From NCBI RefSeq assembly GCF_041956535.1, contig NW_027192192.1, positions 400,543-464,023 of the forward strand: DNA of 63,481 nucleotides, in the 5' to 3' direction. Positions 63,150-63,481 of the stretch are shown here, one piece after another. Source of the stretch: Calcarisporiella thermophila CBS 279.70 (taxonomy: Eukaryota > Fungi > Calcarisporiellomycota). Made by a program: the position numbers and the translations under genes. The notes under the pieces were generated by a model. That model was not told where the DNA came from, did no database searches, and saw only the letters and a list, made by a program, of their open reading frames with translations. Positions within the stretch are counted from its first letter, which is position 1. Every line of letters begins with the position of its first letter.

Positions 63150-63481
63150 TTTGTGAAGCTCCAATTTGTAATTGACGGAATCGCAATGCAAGAATCTTCT
63201 AGACTAGACAACGAAGAGGCGTTAAAGAGTTCTCTTGCAAAGATTCAGGAAGAAATCATTGTGTAAAATGGTAAGTTACTTCCATATATGCGTTGCTATG
63301 CACATTTTAATCTCCTGATTTATGATAGGAAGTATCAGTTATATTGAGAATCACCCAGATCCTGAAATGAAGACGGTTTTGCTTAAAGACATACCGAGGC
63401 TCCAAAAAAGAATTGAAGATTTGGGAAAGGAAAAAGCAGAAATTCAAGGTATATGCTATACATACGATGATCTTTTGCTTT
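63150..63481 (+). pseudogene. Coiled-coil-like coding fragment with intron signals and an in-frame TAA, running off the window edge
   Basis: MQESSRLDNEEALKSSLAKIQEEIIV*N|GSISYIENHPDPEMKTVLLKDIPRLQKRIEDLGKEKAEIQ with a GTAAGT..TAG intron. Confidence 0.35.

Noticed and set aside
1-63481. Transposons, LTR/TIR pairs, CRISPR arrays, rRNA genes, U12-type introns
   Set aside because: No RT, integrase or transposase motifs, regular repeat-spacer arrays, rRNA signatures or RTATCCTT donors were seen by eye; highly decayed elements cannot be excluded

Overview
Eukaryotic, intron-rich genomic DNA with short GT-AG introns. The gene content points to an early-diverging (non-Dikarya) fungus; this is an inference. 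Positions 1-46.8 kb are a gene-dense housekeeping block: tRNA-Gln(CTG), an HSPA12-like Hsp70 with a Q/P/Y-rich tail, VWA8, ELP4, a DnaJ/DnaJ-X protein, a split-PH/Sec7 protein, a NIPA transporter, CIA30, an I9 protease inhibitor, a MAPK phosphatase, MTR3, TRM6, VMP1, TMEM230, cyclin B, RPB7, a copper radical oxidase, a DUF6924-like gene, a Pex24-type peroxin, a divergent frequenin and a mitochondrion-targeted coproporphyrinogen oxidase. Positions 47-63.5 kb are an AT-rich, gene-sparse accessory region. It holds a plectasin-like defensin, two tandem 7TM receptors (one with a premature stop), a bacterial-type YbjQ/UPF0145 gene, a beta-carbonic anhydrase with a signal peptide, a small secreted beta/gamma-crystallin-like protein and several decayed gene relics. 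I saw no CRISPR array, rRNA gene or recognisable transposon. Exon structures were assembled by eye and family calls come from remembered motifs, not database searches.
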